Origin: Syntrophorhabdaceae bacterium
Lineage (GTDB): Bacteria > Desulfobacterota > Syntrophorhabdia > Syntrophorhabdales > Syntrophorhabdaceae
Assembly: GCA_963665295.1 (NCBI GenBank)
Contig: OY762209.1
Location: forward strand, 3,072,001 to 3,136,000
Direction of reading: 5' to 3'
DNA length: 64,000 nucleotides
Part shown: in pieces, positions 9,249-19,839 of the stretch
Layout: every line of letters begins with the position of its first letter
How positions within the stretch are numbered: position 1 is the stretch's first letter
Made by a program: the position numbers and the translations under genes
The notes under the pieces: model-generated
Database searches by the model: none
What the model saw: only the letters and a program-made list of their open reading frames with translations
Told to the model about the DNA's origin: nothing

Positions 9249-11309
9249 TTAAGGCTCCCCATCCAACACTTTTCTTATCTGCCTCAGAAACGTATATGGG
9301 GTGTAAGGCTTTGAGAGGAGAGGCAGCCCTCTTCCTCTGATTTCGCCCCGCTCCACCTCATCTTCACTGTAGCCCGTCACGAAGAGTACTTTCATCGGGG
9401 CCTCTTCTTCGATCTTCCGGTATACGTCGAAGCCTCGCCTGCCGGGCATTATCAAATCGAGAATCACCAGGTCGATGGACGCCTTGTTTGCCCTGAACGC
9501 GGACAGGGCTTCCTCCCCGTCCGCCGCGGGGATGACCCTGTACCCGTAGCTTTCGAGGACGCTTATGGTCATCTTCCTCAACACGTCATTGTCCTCCGCG
9601 ATCAGTATCGTTTCGGACCCGCCTTTACCGGCCCCTTCCTCCGACGTCGGCCCTCCGCCGTCAGCGTTTCCCTTCAGAAGGGGCAGGTACACGGTGAAGA
9701 GGGACCCGGTCCCAGGTGTGCTATCCACGAAGATCATGCCTTTGTGCTGTCTGATAATACCGTAGACGACCGAAAGGCCCAACCCGGTGCCCTTGCCGGT
9801 TTCCTTGGTGGTGAAAAAGGGTTCGAAAATCTTTCGTTTTGTTTCGCTGTCCATACCCGTACCACTGTCGCGGATGGCGATCGTTGCGTAATGTCCCGCT
9901 TCTCCATCGCCGTGTTGCCGGACAAAAGTCTCATCGATGATGGCGGCGCCCGTGCTTATCGTCAGCGACCCCCCTGAAGGCATGGCGTCCCGCGCATTCG
10001 TAACGAGATTGATCACCACCTGTTCCACCTGATTTGCGTCGGCCAGAACCGGCAGCCGGGTAGGTTTCAAATCGAAGCTGAGGGTGATGTCTTCGCGAAT
10101 GAGGCGTCGCAGCATCTTCTCGAGGTTCGTGAGCGTGGTGTTCAGGTCCACGGGTTTCATGTCCAATATCTGTTTTCGGCTGAAAGCGAGTAACTGGTGA
10201 GTGAGCGCAGCCCCCCGCATGCCCGCCGATGCGAGTTCCTTGACGTAGGAAAGGAGCGGATCGGCCCCGTCCATTCTCATTTGGAGCAATCCGGCAAAAC
10301 CCGTTATGGTGGTGAGGATGTTGTTGAAGTCGTGCGCGATGCCTCCTGCGAGGTTGCCCACGCTCTCCAGCTTCTGAGCCTGGTTGAGTTGTTCCTCCAA
10401 CTGCTTCCTTTCGGTGACATCCGTAAATATGCCCAGATGAAGGGTCCCGATCACTGCCCCGATCACCGACATATCCCGGGCTGAACCATCCTTGCAGGTA
10501 ACGCGCACATCGAAAACAGGCGTCGGCGTTCCGCTTTTGCGTGCCGTCTCGATCGCGTTCTCCCAGGAGGAAATAAAGGACTTGCTCGTCATACCGGGGG
10601 GGATCAGAGAAGACCAGTCCTCGTCCGGAGGAATGTCCTCGGCGACAAAGCCGAATAACTCCGTGAACTTGCCGTTTACGTACCGGATGCCGTCCTTGGT
10701 ATCCATCCAGGCGAGTCCCACGGGCAACGTATTGAGAAGGGTCCGCAACCTCTCTTCACTCTGGCGAAGGCTGTTTTCTGTGAGAGTCCGTTTCCGGATC
10801 TCCTCTCTCAATGTGCGGTTCGTGTCCTCCAGGTCGGTCACCTTCTTTTCCAGTTTATGGAAAAGTGTCTCGTTGTGCTTCTTGAGAAATTCCATCTCTT
10901 CTTCAAGGGATCGCTCTGAAGAAACAGGTTCGCCCGCCTCGCCGTGGGCAAGTACGTTCTTCAGGGACGAAAGGAGCGCGTCGCTTTCAAGGGGTTTCAG
11001 GAGGAATTGGTCGGCGCCGAGACTCAGCCCGAACTGGATGTCCTTCGGCTCCGTATAGGTGGCCGTGTAAAATACAAAGGGTATCTCCTTCAGCCGTTCG
11101 TGGGCTCTCCACTCTTTGCAGAGAGCGAAGCCGTCCATGACGGGCATGAGGATGTCGGAAACGATCAGATCCGGCGGAGAGGCCAGGGCCATTTCCAGGG
11201 CTTCCTTGCCGTTTGTGGCCAGGGCTATATCGAACCCGTTATTTCCCAAAAGGATTTCAAGCATGTACCGGTTTTCGAAATTATCATCCACTATGAGGAT
11301 CTTGGTCAT
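9249..11309 (-). CDS. Hybrid REC-PAS-histidine kinase-REC (CckA-like core)
   Basis: N-terminal REC (IVDD, SDILMP), H-box [23 protein letters not shown]-terminal REC (AED, LDLIMP). Confidence 0.92.
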   Translation of the reverse strand: MTKILIVDDNFENRYMLEILLGNNGFDIALATNGKEALEMALASPPDLIVSDILMPVMDGFALCKEWRAHERLKEIPFVFYTATYTEPKDIQFGLSLGADQFLLKPLESDALLSSLKNVLAHGEAGEPVSSERSLEEEMEFLKKHNETLFHKLEKKVTDLEDTNRTLREEIRKRTLTENSLRQSEERLRTLLNTLPVGLAWMDTKDGIRYVNGKFTELFGFVAEDIPPDEDWSSLIPPGMTSKSFISSWENAIETARKSGTPTPVFDVRVTCKDGSARDMSVIGAVIGTLHLGIFTDVTERKQLEEQLNQAQKLESVGNLAGGIAHDFNNILTTITGFAGLLQMRMDGADPLLSYVKELASAGMRGAALTHQLLAFSRKQILDMKPVDLNTTLTNLEKMLRRLIREDITLSFDLKPTRLPVLADANQVEQVVINLVTNARDAMPSGGSLTISTGAAIIDETFVRQHGDGEAGHYATIAIRDSGTGMDSETKRKIFEPFFTTKETGKGTGLGLSVVYGIIRQHKGMIFVDSTPGTGSLFTVYLPLLKGNADGGGPTSEEGAGKGGSETILIAEDNDVLRKMTISVLESYGYRVIPAADGEEALSAFRANKASIDLVILDLIMPGRRGFDVYRKIEEEAPMKVLFVTGYSEDEVERGEIRGRGLPLLSKPYTPYTFLRQIRKVLDGEP

Positions 11310-11322
11310 CCCGCTTCCTCCG

Positions 11323-11700
11323 TCAGCTTTTTTTGTGTATTAAATGCTCCTCCACCTGGCCCACGAAGGTATCCGGGTTTATCGGCTTCTCGATGTAGCC
11401 TGTGCAACCCGACTCAAGTGCCTTTTCCCGATCGCCCAGCATGGCATAGGAAGTAACGGCTACGATGGGGGTCCGGGATAACTGGGGATAAGTTCTTAGA
11501 TCGCGGGCAACCGCATAGCCATCCATGACAGGGAGTTGAATGTCGAGGAGGATGAGATCGGGCATCACCTTCACGGCGGTTTCAATGCCGCTCCGCCCGT
11601 CAAGGGCCTTTTCTATCTGGTAACCATGCTTTTCCAGGAGAAACGTGAGAAGATAAAGATTCTGCTCGTTATCCTCTATGATGAGAATTCTTGGTTTCAT
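11323..11700 (-). CDS. Single-domain response regulator (DivK/CheY-like)
   Basis: IIEDN, LLDIQLP, VTSYA, KP motifs; ATG overlaps the upstream kinase stop (ATGA), with AAGGAG RBS. Confidence 0.9.
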   Translation of the reverse strand: MKPRILIIEDNEQNLYLLTFLLEKHGYQIEKALDGRSGIETAVKVMPDLILLDIQLPVMDGYAVARDLRTYPQLSRTPIVAVTSYAMLGDREKALESGCTGYIEKPINPDTFVGQVEEHLIHKKS

Positions 11701-14258
11701 GATATGCTCCTTTCTAATGGTAGAGTGAAGCAAAAAGTACTCCCGGCGCCCCACTTGCTGGTTACCCATATTTTGCCGCCCAGCAGTGTGAGCAGTCTCC
11801 GGCATATATAGAGGCCCAAACCGGTCCCCTCGAACTTCCTCGCGGTTCCTGAATCAACCTGCTGGAAGGCCCTGAAGAGCTTGGGTATGTCCTCGTCTCT
11901 TATACCTATCCCCGAGTCGGTAACGGAAATCCGCGCCGACGAGTCGATTCTGGAACACTCCACATGAACCTCTCCGTGCTCGGTAAACTTGATAGCGTTG
12001 CTGAGAAGGTTCAGAAGCACCTGTTCCACCCTCCTGCGGTCGCTGACCAATGTATCGATCCCGGGCGAGATGTCGGTTGAGATGACCAGTCCTTTTCGGT
12101 CCGACGCGGGGCGGGAGGACTGTACCGTCTTGTCGATGAGAGCCCTCAAACTGAAGGGTTCGGCGGATACCTGGAGTTGTCCTGCCTCGATTTTGGATAT
12201 ATCGAGTACGTCATTGATCAGAGAGAGGAGATGGGTTGCGCTGTTGTAGACCATATTGAGCTGTTTTGCCTGCTCTTCGTTGAGGGCACCCACGTATCCT
12301 TTCAGTATTATGCCGGTAAATCCTATAATCGAATTAAGGGGCGTGCGGAGTTCGTGGGACATGGTCGCGAGAAAGGCGGACTTCAGTCTGTCCGCTGCTT
12401 CCGCCCTGTCCCTGGCGGCCGCCAGTTCATCGAGGGTTGTCTTGAGGCGGTCTTCCACCAGCTTTCGTGGGGTTATATCGTTTCCCACGGAGAGGATCTG
12501 CGAAATCCGTCCGTCTGCGTCGACGATTGCCCTGTTTGTCCAGGCTACCCAAACCTTGTCACCGTTCTTTTTGACATTCCCCTTTTCGTTGAGAAGGTAA
12601 GGCTCGGAGTCCCCGGGGGTGTTCCCTTCCGGGGGGCGGGGATTCTTCTGCGCCGATTTATCGGCGGGCACAATGGTCCCAAGTATGCTTCGCCCTATGA
12701 TCTCGTCATCGGAAAAACCGAAGAACTCCCTCGCGAACCTATTGATGAAGATCACCTCACCCTCCGCTGTCCACCGGAGTATCACGCTGTCGGCGCCTTC
12801 CACCAGGTCGCGGTATTTTGCCTCACTCTCAAGAAGGACCCCTTCGACTCTCCGTCTTTCATCGACCTCGGCGGCCAGGACGGCGTTTACTTCCCGAAGC
12901 TCAGCAGTGCGTTCCCCTACCTTGGCTTCCAGGTCCCTCTGATATTCGCCCAACTGGAGTTCAGCCACCTTTCTCTCTGTTATATCGATGCCCGTTCCCA
13001 CGACATAGGGATCTCCGTGGACTTCGATGCGCCTGCCCGTAAAGAAGAAATGACGAGCCCCGTCCTTGGCCTGTATGCGCCCTTCGGCCTCAAATTCTCC
13101 ATTTTCGAAGGCTTGAGCGATCCGGCCCATTATCCGTTCTCTATCGTCTTCGTGTATATTCCGTAAACTGTCCGGTCCCGTCCCTTCCTCCCGGCAGAGG
13201 TCATTCAGGTCTTCCAGGAAATGGTTACACCGCACCAATTCTCCCTTCCCGTCGATGACATAGAACGCTCCGGGGATGCTGTTGATGACAATGTCGTTAA
13301 AGGCTATTTCCGCCTGCACGGCCTCACCGGAACGTCTCCTCTCGCTCACCACAACGGACAGAAAGAGCGCTGTCGCGGCGATTACGCCTATATAGGACTG
13401 AATTACGATCAGGGAGTCCCTGAAATATCCATGGGCGGAAGGGTTCGATGTTGCTGTGGCGCTGTAGACGGCGATGGCCGACATCACCGTTACCGCGAGC
13501 GAAGTCTCGGCAAGGCTGAAACGAATGGTCGTCCAGAGCAAAACAGGGATGATCAAAAACTGGAGCGGGTATCCCCGGACAAAAGCAGTCCAGGATATTG
13601 CCACGAGCAGGGCAAACGCCACGACGGCCTCGACGATTCTCTCATATCCCTGCAACGAATACTCCCGCGCTCTCCAGGAGAGAAGGAGCGGTGCAATGAG
13701 GACCGCGCCTGTGGAGTCTCCCAGCCACCAGGTAACCCAGGCAGACCGGAAGATGCTCCAGTTACCCGTGGCGGCGCACAAACTGGTTACGCCTATGGTG
13801 GCGCTGAGCACGGCGCCCGGAAGTACACCGAAGACCACGAATATGAGGGTGGTCCTCATATTTTCAAAAACATACCCATTTCCCACAAAACGGCGGACAA
13901 GAAAGGCCCCCGTTACCGCTTCCAGCGTGTTTCCGGCGGCAGTGAGGAAAGCGGCGGCGGAAGTAGCGTCGATCCCGAGGCTAAAACCTTTTAAAACAAA
14001 GATGTTTGCCAGGAAAGCCCCGACAAATATTCCCGGGCTGACACGGTATCCAAGACAAAGAACGGCCGCAAGAGCGATGCCTGCGGGAGGCCAGACAGGA
14101 CTCGCGTTGGTGTGCTGAAGGGCCAGGAAGAGAGAAAACGTGGCTGATATGAAGTAGATGATGCCGACGGCGATGGTCCGCACCAATGTAATAGTTGCCG
14201 TCGTTGCCGGTGGGAAGGGGTATCCGTCGCCAGGTATCCTTGCAGAGTGTTCAAGCAC
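11697..14258 (-). CDS. MASE1-PAS-PAS sensor histidine kinase
   Basis: MASE1 (SPVWPPAG, WWLGD), two PAS domains, SHELRTPL H-box, HATPase; GGAGG RBS before GTG. Confidence 0.92.
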   Translation of the reverse strand: MLEHSARIPGDGYPFPPATTATITLVRTIAVGIIYFISATFSLFLALQHTNASPVWPPAGIALAAVLCLGYRVSPGIFVGAFLANIFVLKGFSLGIDATSAAAFLTAAGNTLEAVTGAFLVRRFVGNGYVFENMRTTLIFVVFGVLPGAVLSATIGVTSLCAATGNWSIFRSAWVTWWLGDSTGAVLIAPLLLSWRAREYSLQGYERIVEAVVAFALLVAISWTAFVRGYPLQFLIIPVLLWTTIRFSLAETSLAVTVMSAIAVYSATATSNPSAHGYFRDSLIVIQSYIGVIAATALFLSVVVSERRRSGEAVQAEIAFNDIVINSIPGAFYVIDGKGELVRCNHFLEDLNDLCREEGTGPDSLRNIHEDDRERIMGRIAQAFENGEFEAEGRIQAKDGARHFFFTGRRIEVHGDPYVVGTGIDITERKVAELQLGEYQRDLEAKVGERTAELREVNAVLAAEVDERRRVEGVLLESEAKYRDLVEGADSVILRWTAEGEVIFINRFAREFFGFSDDEIIGRSILGTIVPADKSAQKNPRPPEGNTPGDSEPYLLNEKGNVKKNGDKVWVAWTNRAIVDADGRISQILSVGNDITPRKLVEDRLKTTLDELAAARDRAEAADRLKSAFLATMSHELRTPLNSIIGFTGIILKGYVGALNEEQAKQLNMVYNSATHLLSLINDVLDISKIEAGQLQVSAEPFSLRALIDKTVQSSRPASDRKGLVISTDISPGIDTLVSDRRRVEQVLLNLLSNAIKFTEHGEVHVECSRIDSSARISVTDSGIGIRDEDIPKLFRAFQQVDSGTARKFEGTGLGLYICRRLLTLLGGKIWVTSKWGAGSTFCFTLPLERSIS

Positions 14259-14437
14259 GAACTTTTCCTCCAGATAAACTTAGCCGGGCCCGTAAGCGGG
14301 CGTCACCGGCCGTTCAAACCCAAGGTTCCCACTCCTTCAGCGACCTGGTTTCGATGGTCGCGTCGGCTGAGCGATGCCAACTGACTATTGTCAAAGTATT
14401 ACGCGCGGTGAGGCAAAAAAGCAAGGGAATTAGTGAT

Positions 14438-16229
14438 CCATAATCCACCACCCCTCTCGCCCTTACCGCTGCTTTGCCCTCCATCCGAGCCGTCTTTCCC
14501 CACCACCCTTTAAATCGGAATCAAATATGAACCCTTCGTTCCGTTTCGTCTATCCAGACATGGCACACGCCTCTCTGACGGGTAAGATTTGGGCACACCC
14601 CTCCTTTCGCCGTCTCGTTCCACAAAGAGTCTCTTCCCCGCTTCTCATCATCTATCCCGAAAGTACAAGCTCCATGATGCGTTGCCGTGCTGCGAACAAT
14701 AATTCCAGGGAGGGGTGTTCTCTCGATATGCGGATCACAAGTTCCCTCGCGTGGGTCATGACCCTTCCCGGCAGGTTGATGAGGGAAAAGCGGATCGCCT
14801 TCATTCTCCTGGTGGCCCATGATCCTTTCAGCACCAGACGTTTCAATGCCGAATTGATATTAAAGGCGAGGACCATTATCCACCACCAGGCGGCATTCTC
14901 TCCGAACTTACCCGTTGGGAGTCTTCCCCCGGCAAGGTCCTCTTTCATGATAGAGTGGGCCTCCTCCGATTTCCCTGCCCGTTTATAATGCCACCGTATC
15001 AGTTCATCTCCTTCCATATCCCTGTTTGTGACGATGCCGAATATCCTGTAGCGCTTTTGTGTCATCATCATCGTAGGGAATGAGAGTTGCCCTTCCATGC
15101 CGGGAAGGATATCCTGTTTTAAAAGCTCACGGGTAGCGAAGTAGCGGTATTCCGGATCCTTTTTGCTGTGGCCGACCGCATTGGGTACGTAGCAGACTTC
15201 GGTCCACTCCCTTCCCGTCTCCTTTCCTTCTTTATAGAGAGGTCTCCACTCTTCTGCCTGGGCCACTGCCTTTTTGAACTCAGAGGTCACATCGGCGCCT
15301 ATGGCAAACTCGATCCTGCCGAAGCGTGTATTTTCGCCATTCTCGCAGTACTTCAGGAGGTCGTGTTGATACCCTGCGGTATCGGAACGGAGATAGACCT
15401 TCTCTACACCGGGAGGAAGCTTTGAGAGGGCTTCCTTGAATACTCTTAACTGTTCATGTCCCGCAGGGACATTGCCGTCCCTGAACTCGGTATGAAGAAT
15501 CAACTCCTGTTCCGCCCACCAGGTATTGAACGGTTGATAGGCCTTATGGTGTTTATAACTGAAGAGGGCGCTTCTCTTCAACGTCTCTATCAGGGTTGCA
15601 TCCATATCGAGGGTCGCGACCTTTGGGGAGGCGGACTTCACTATGGAGCAGATGAAATCCCGGTGTACCTTCATGAGGTTCATAAGATGCTCGTTCGGGG
15701 CGGGAATGAAGGCCTTCCCCTTTTCCCTCTTCTTCTCCTCCCGCGCATCATGGAAGGCGGAGAGATACCGGAATATCGGGGAAGGGGAAGGGAACGTGCG
15801 TTGCCGCTCCCGGGCTTTCCGTTCCTTGCGGGTAAGCCCTTTCTGTTCTATTCGCCGCACGACTCTGCACAGCCCCTCATCCTTTTCAAGGATAGTTACA
15901 TCGTCTACGCTGTCTCCTCCGGCAAGGTTCAGAAGAATGAGGGTGAGGATTATCTGCGTGTCTGTCCAGCCTTCACTCTTTATATGCATGTGAGCACCGA
16001 TCGAACCGGCGAGGCCCAAGGCCGATGCAAGGTCGAGGTAGAGGGGGAGCCCTGCGAGGGAGGTCATGCCTGTTTCTCTTTTCTCTTCTTCATACTTGTA
16101 CGGAAGGAGGCCCTGTGGCATAATTGATTCACCTCGTTGGTGATGGAATTTGGTGTGGTGACTACATTCTATCATCCCTATTCGTAGGGGCCAACGGGGT
16201 TTTTGATTATTTTTGGTGGGGGATTAAGG
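14438..16229 (-). mobile_element. IS1380-family insertion sequence, 1792 bp, apparently intact
   Basis: TIRs CCATAATCCACCACC (14438-14452) and CCTTAATCCCCCACC (reverse complement of 16215-16229), 13/15 identical; flanking direct repeat TGAT at 14434-14437 and 16230-16233; single DDE transposase inside. Confidence 0.9.
14652..16121 (-). CDS. IS1380-family DDE transposase
   Basis: TLDMDAT, FRDGNVPA, LRSDTAG, RAGKSEEAHSIMKEDL, F.ENAAW, A.RF.LI.LPG motifs; uninterrupted ORF. Confidence 0.9.
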   Translation of the reverse strand: MPQGLLPYKYEEEKRETGMTSLAGLPLYLDLASALGLAGSIGAHMHIKSEGWTDTQIILTLILLNLAGGDSVDDVTILEKDEGLCRVVRRIEQKGLTRKERKARERQRTFPSPSPIFRYLSAFHDAREEKKREKGKAFIPAPNEHLMNLMKVHRDFICSIVKSASPKVATLDMDATLIETLKRSALFSYKHHKAYQPFNTWWAEQELILHTEFRDGNVPAGHEQLRVFKEALSKLPPGVEKVYLRSDTAGYQHDLLKYCENGENTRFGRIEFAIGADVTSEFKKAVAQAEEWRPLYKEGKETGREWTEVCYVPNAVGHSKKDPEYRYFATRELLKQDILPGMEGQLSFPTMMMTQKRYRIFGIVTNRDMEGDELIRWHYKRAGKSEEAHSIMKEDLAGGRLPTGKFGENAAWWWIMVLAFNINSALKRLVLKGSWATRRMKAIRFSLINLPGRVMTHARELVIRISREHPSLELLFAARQRIMELVLSG

Positions 16230-16341
16230 TGATCCGGAACCGTCGCGCGACGAACCTGTCCGAAAAAGGTCAAATGGAAAAAACCTTTGAAGGATTGCGG
16301 CACTGTAGTAGAATGGGACCATAGACCTTTTGGAGGAAAAT

Positions 16342-17412
16342 ATGACGGCAACCGCGAAGAAGCGATCGGTAAAGTCGGGCCTCCCCCCAGGGAGCCTGAT
16401 ACACGTTGGCGAGGATAAGAAAAGTACCGTAAAGATCAGGATTCTCTCATTTAACGGGGAATACGTCCATGAAGACGATCGTACCGAAGTGGGAGAATGC
16501 CTCCCCCCTGAACACGGGAAGGTCATCACCTGGCTCGGCGTCGGCGGTGTCCACAGGGCCCGGGTCCTGGAGGATATAGGCGGACTGTTCCATCTTCACC
16601 CCCTCCTCCTGGAGGACGTGATGAACACGGAACAGAGACCGAAGTTCGAGGACTACGGCGACTATATTTTTATCGTGCTGAAGTACCTTGCCCTCAACGG
16701 CTCCAAGCCCGGTAAGGCGATCTCCACCGAACAGGTAAGCCTCGTCCTTGGTCCTGACTACGTCATCACCTTCGAGGAGGGAACGGGAGACATCTTCGGG
16801 CAGGTCAGGGAAAGGATCAAGAACGACAAGGGCCGCATCAGAAAGATGGACGCCGATTACCTTCTTTATACATTTATTGACACGGTGGTGGACAACTATT
16901 TCACGGTGATGGAGGGCTTGGGAGAGAGAGTGGAGGCCGTCGAGGACGCCCTGGTCGCCGGGGTGAAGGAAGCCACGTTAAGGTCCATTCACGATCTGAA
17001 GAGGGAGATGATATTTCTGAGGAGGTCCATATGGCCCCTCAGGGAAGTGGTGGGAAGCCTGGAGAGAGGCGAGACGCGCCTTGTTTCCGACCGGATATCC
17101 GTCTACCTTCGGGACCTCTATGACCACGTGGTCCAAGTCATGGACTCGGTGGAAGCGTACAGGGACATGCTGTCCGGCATGCTCGACATCTACCTTTCGA
17201 GGGTGAGCAACAAACTGAACGAAGTGATGAAGGTGCTGACCATAATTGCCACCATATTCATCCCCCTGACGTTTATCGCCGGCGTATATGGGATGAACTT
17301 CGCTTATATGCCCGAATTGAAATATCCGTGGGGCTACCCTGCTGTCCTCCTGCTCATGGGGGCGGTAACCTCCTTCATGCTCTTTTACTTCAAAAGGAAG
17401 AAATGGTTCTGA
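16342..17412 (+). CDS. corA: Magnesium/cobalt transporter CorA
   Basis: GLPPG, HPL.LED, QRPK, YGMNF..MPEL motifs; GGAGG RBS before ATG 16342. Confidence 0.96.
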   Translation: MTATAKKRSVKSGLPPGSLIHVGEDKKSTVKIRILSFNGEYVHEDDRTEVGECLPPEHGKVITWLGVGGVHRARVLEDIGGLFHLHPLLLEDVMNTEQRPKFEDYGDYIFIVLKYLALNGSKPGKAISTEQVSLVLGPDYVITFEEGTGDIFGQVRERIKNDKGRIRKMDADYLLYTFIDTVVDNYFTVMEGLGERVEAVEDALVAGVKEATLRSIHDLKREMIFLRRSIWPLREVVGSLERGETRLVSDRISVYLRDLYDHVVQVMDSVEAYRDMLSGMLDIYLSRVSNKLNEVMKVLTIIATIFIPLTFIAGVYGMNFAYMPELKYPWGYPAVLLLMGAVTSFMLFYFKRKKWF

Positions 17413-17420
17413 CGGGGAGC

Positions 17421-18524
17421 CTAAATCTTTACCAGCATGTACGCCCTCTCGCCCAGACCGATCTTCTCGCCGTGAGTCAGCTGGACGGTCCAGTCCACGG
17501 AGGGATAAAGGGCCTGCCATTTGTCGTCCCCCGGGTAAAGCGGGTTCTTGATCGCCGTATTCGGCATGGACGCCTCATTATTTATAAGGTCGCATGACGC
17601 GGCGTCTATGGCCACGGGGTCCGTCGATGCGAGGATTCCTATATCGCGGACTATGGCGGCGTCGCTATGGGGATAGCAATCGCAGGCCGGACTTACCTGG
17701 GTGAGGAAATTAAGATAGATCGATTTCTTTTCTTTACCTTTCAAAGCGCCCCATGCATGCTCCACCATCTTTTTCTGGAATATGTCGGGCGATTCGTTCC
17801 ACTCTATCTCGATGGCCCCATGGGGACATACGATAATACATTCGCCGCACCCTATACAGGCTTCGCCGCCTATTGACGCCTTCTTCCGGGTTAAAGAGAT
17901 GGCTCCCGCAGGGCAGTATTGGAGACAGAATTTACAGCCCTTGCACGAAGCCGCGTTTATCTTCGGCGCCACGGTGCTATGCTGGACCAGCTTCCCCTCC
18001 CGGGTCGCGCAACCCATGCCCACATTCTTGAGCGCTCCTCCGAACCCTGAGATCTCGTGGCCCTTCACATGGGTCACGACGATGATACCGTCCGCGTCCA
18101 CGATCTCCTTGGCGATGCTCACCGTCTCCAGCACTTCGCCGTCTATGGGCACCTTTGCACCGTTCGCGCCCCGGAGCCCGTCCGCGATGATGAGGGGAGC
18201 ACCCGCGCATGAATAGTCAAAGCCGTTCAGTATGGCCGTGGAGAGGTGGCTTACGGAATCGCTCCGCGAACCCGTGTAAAGCGTATTGGTATCGGTAAGG
18301 AACGGTTTCCCTCCCGCCTTCCTGACCCTGTCCGCAATGGCTCTCAGATATACGGGTCTCAGGTAGGATGTGTTGCCGTATTCGCCGAAGTGGAGCTTTA
18401 TCGCCACGATATCATTAGGTTTGACTCTTGTATCGATTTTCGTCCTGTTCAGCAGGTCCACTATCTTATCGAAAATGTTTCTTTTCAACGATGTCCTTAA
18501 ATCCGTGAAGTATACCTTCGACAC
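17421..18524 (-). CDS. DUF362-family Fe-S protein with 2x[4Fe-4S] ferredoxin insert
   Basis: IKLHFGE, TDTNTLY.G.R, HVKGH, GGALKN.GMG, CKGCKFCLQYCP, CIGCGECIIVCP, CDC, DPVAID. Confidence 0.88.
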   Translation of the reverse strand: MSKVYFTDLRTSLKRNIFDKIVDLLNRTKIDTRVKPNDIVAIKLHFGEYGNTSYLRPVYLRAIADRVRKAGGKPFLTDTNTLYTGSRSDSVSHLSTAILNGFDYSCAGAPLIIADGLRGANGAKVPIDGEVLETVSIAKEIVDADGIIVVTHVKGHEISGFGGALKNVGMGCATREGKLVQHSTVAPKINAASCKGCKFCLQYCPAGAISLTRKKASIGGEACIGCGECIIVCPHGAIEIEWNESPDIFQKKMVEHAWGALKGKEKKSIYLNFLTQVSPACDCYPHSDAAIVRDIGILASTDPVAIDAASCDLINNEASMPNTAIKNPLYPGDDKWQALYPSVDWTVQLTHGEKIGLGERAYMLVKI

Positions 18525-18605
18525 AGTACCTCCTTTTTCCTTTGATTTGCAGGAAAATTATGTTAAGAATAATTCGGCTTTGTCAACAAAAAGGAGGTCA
18601 CCGGC

Positions 18606-19784
18606 ATGCTAAATCTTTCAGAAAAGCATTTCATGATTCAGAAGATAGCAGAGAAACTCGCGAAAGAAAAGGTTGCCCCGAGGGCAAAAGAAATAGATGC
18701 AACAGGCGCTTTTCCGTGGGATCTTGTCGACATTTACAAGAAGCAGGGGTTTCTCTACCTCATGCTGCCCGAACGCTTCGGAGGACTCGACGGCGACATT
18801 ACTTCCCTGTGTCTTGTGATTGAGGAACTGGCCAAAGTGTCCGGCACGTCCTCCCTTATCCCCCTTGCCCACAACGTGGGTCTCATGCCCTTCATGGTGG
18901 CGGCAACCGACGCACAGAAAGAATACATCTACGGCAAGATAGCCGATCCTGAAAAGATCAACCTGGTGGCTTTCGCTCTTACCGAGGCCGATGCGGGGTC
19001 TGACGCCTCCCATATGAGGACCAATGTGGTGAAGGACGGGGACAACTATTATCTGAACGGAAAGAAAGCGATGATCACCAACGGCGCGAGCGCCCAGTTC
19101 ATCACCGTCTTCGCGACCATGGACCCGAAGCTCAGAACCAACGCCATAACGGCGTTTTATGTCGAAAAAGACTATCCGGGCGTCATCATCGGGAAGAACG
19201 AAGAGAAGATGGGCATGGTCGGTTCCGACCTTTCAGAGGTTATGTTTGAAAATGTGAGGCTTACCAAGGACAACATGCTCGGCGAGGTGGGGCAGGGCTG
19301 GGATATCGCCATGTCGACCCTTAACCTCTCGAGGCCGGCCGTAGGCGCGCAGGCAGTAGGCATTGCGCAAGGGGCCCTGGATTTTTCAGTGGAATATGCA
19401 TGGAAACGGGTACAATTCGGACAGAAGCTGGCCGATTTCGAGGGAATTCAGTTTATGGTTGCAGACATGGCCACTCAGGTTGAAGCAGCCCGCGCCCTCG
19501 TGTATGATGCGGCTCACCTCCTTGATACCAAGGTATACGAGAGGGACAAGATGAGCGCAATCGGCGTGGACAAGCTTTCGGCCATGGCGAAGCTCTATTC
19601 CGCCGACGCGGCAATGAAGGTAACGACCGATGCGGTGCAGATCCTCGGCGGGTACGGGTATACCAAGGAGTACCCCGTGGAGCGGATGATGAGGGATGCC
19701 AAGGCTACCCAGATATACGAAGGAACGAACCAGATACAGAGGATCGTCATAGCAAGGGATATATTCAGAAAGTTCATGGGCTGA
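18606..19784 (+). CDS. Acyl-CoA dehydrogenase
   Basis: FALTEADAGSD, NGKKAMITN, KMG, RVQFG, GGYGY, IYEGTNQIQR (catalytic Glu); AGGAGG RBS. Confidence 0.93.
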   Translation: MLNLSEKHFMIQKIAEKLAKEKVAPRAKEIDATGAFPWDLVDIYKKQGFLYLMLPERFGGLDGDITSLCLVIEELAKVSGTSSLIPLAHNVGLMPFMVAATDAQKEYIYGKIADPEKINLVAFALTEADAGSDASHMRTNVVKDGDNYYLNGKKAMITNGASAQFITVFATMDPKLRTNAITAFYVEKDYPGVIIGKNEEKMGMVGSDLSEVMFENVRLTKDNMLGEVGQGWDIAMSTLNLSRPAVGAQAVGIAQGALDFSVEYAWKRVQFGQKLADFEGIQFMVADMATQVEAARALVYDAAHLLDTKVYERDKMSAIGVDKLSAMAKLYSADAAMKVTTDAVQILGGYGYTKEYPVERMMRDAKATQIYEGTNQIQRIVIARDIFRKFMG

Positions 19785-19839
19785 TACCCGGACGGGTAAG
19801 TCCGTATTCAGGAAAAAGGCTTACGGGAGGGGTTCCCCT

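Noticed and set aside
14370..14382. Possible sigma54 promoter (TGGCA... on the minus strand)
   Set aside because: GG-to-GC spacing is 9 rather than 10 nt and the TTGC element is absent.
18606..19784. Acyl-CoA dehydrogenase as the glutaryl-CoA dehydrogenase completing the nicotinate route
   Set aside because: It is 10 kb away, separately transcribed, and has generic short-chain ACAD motifs; I cannot assign a substrate.
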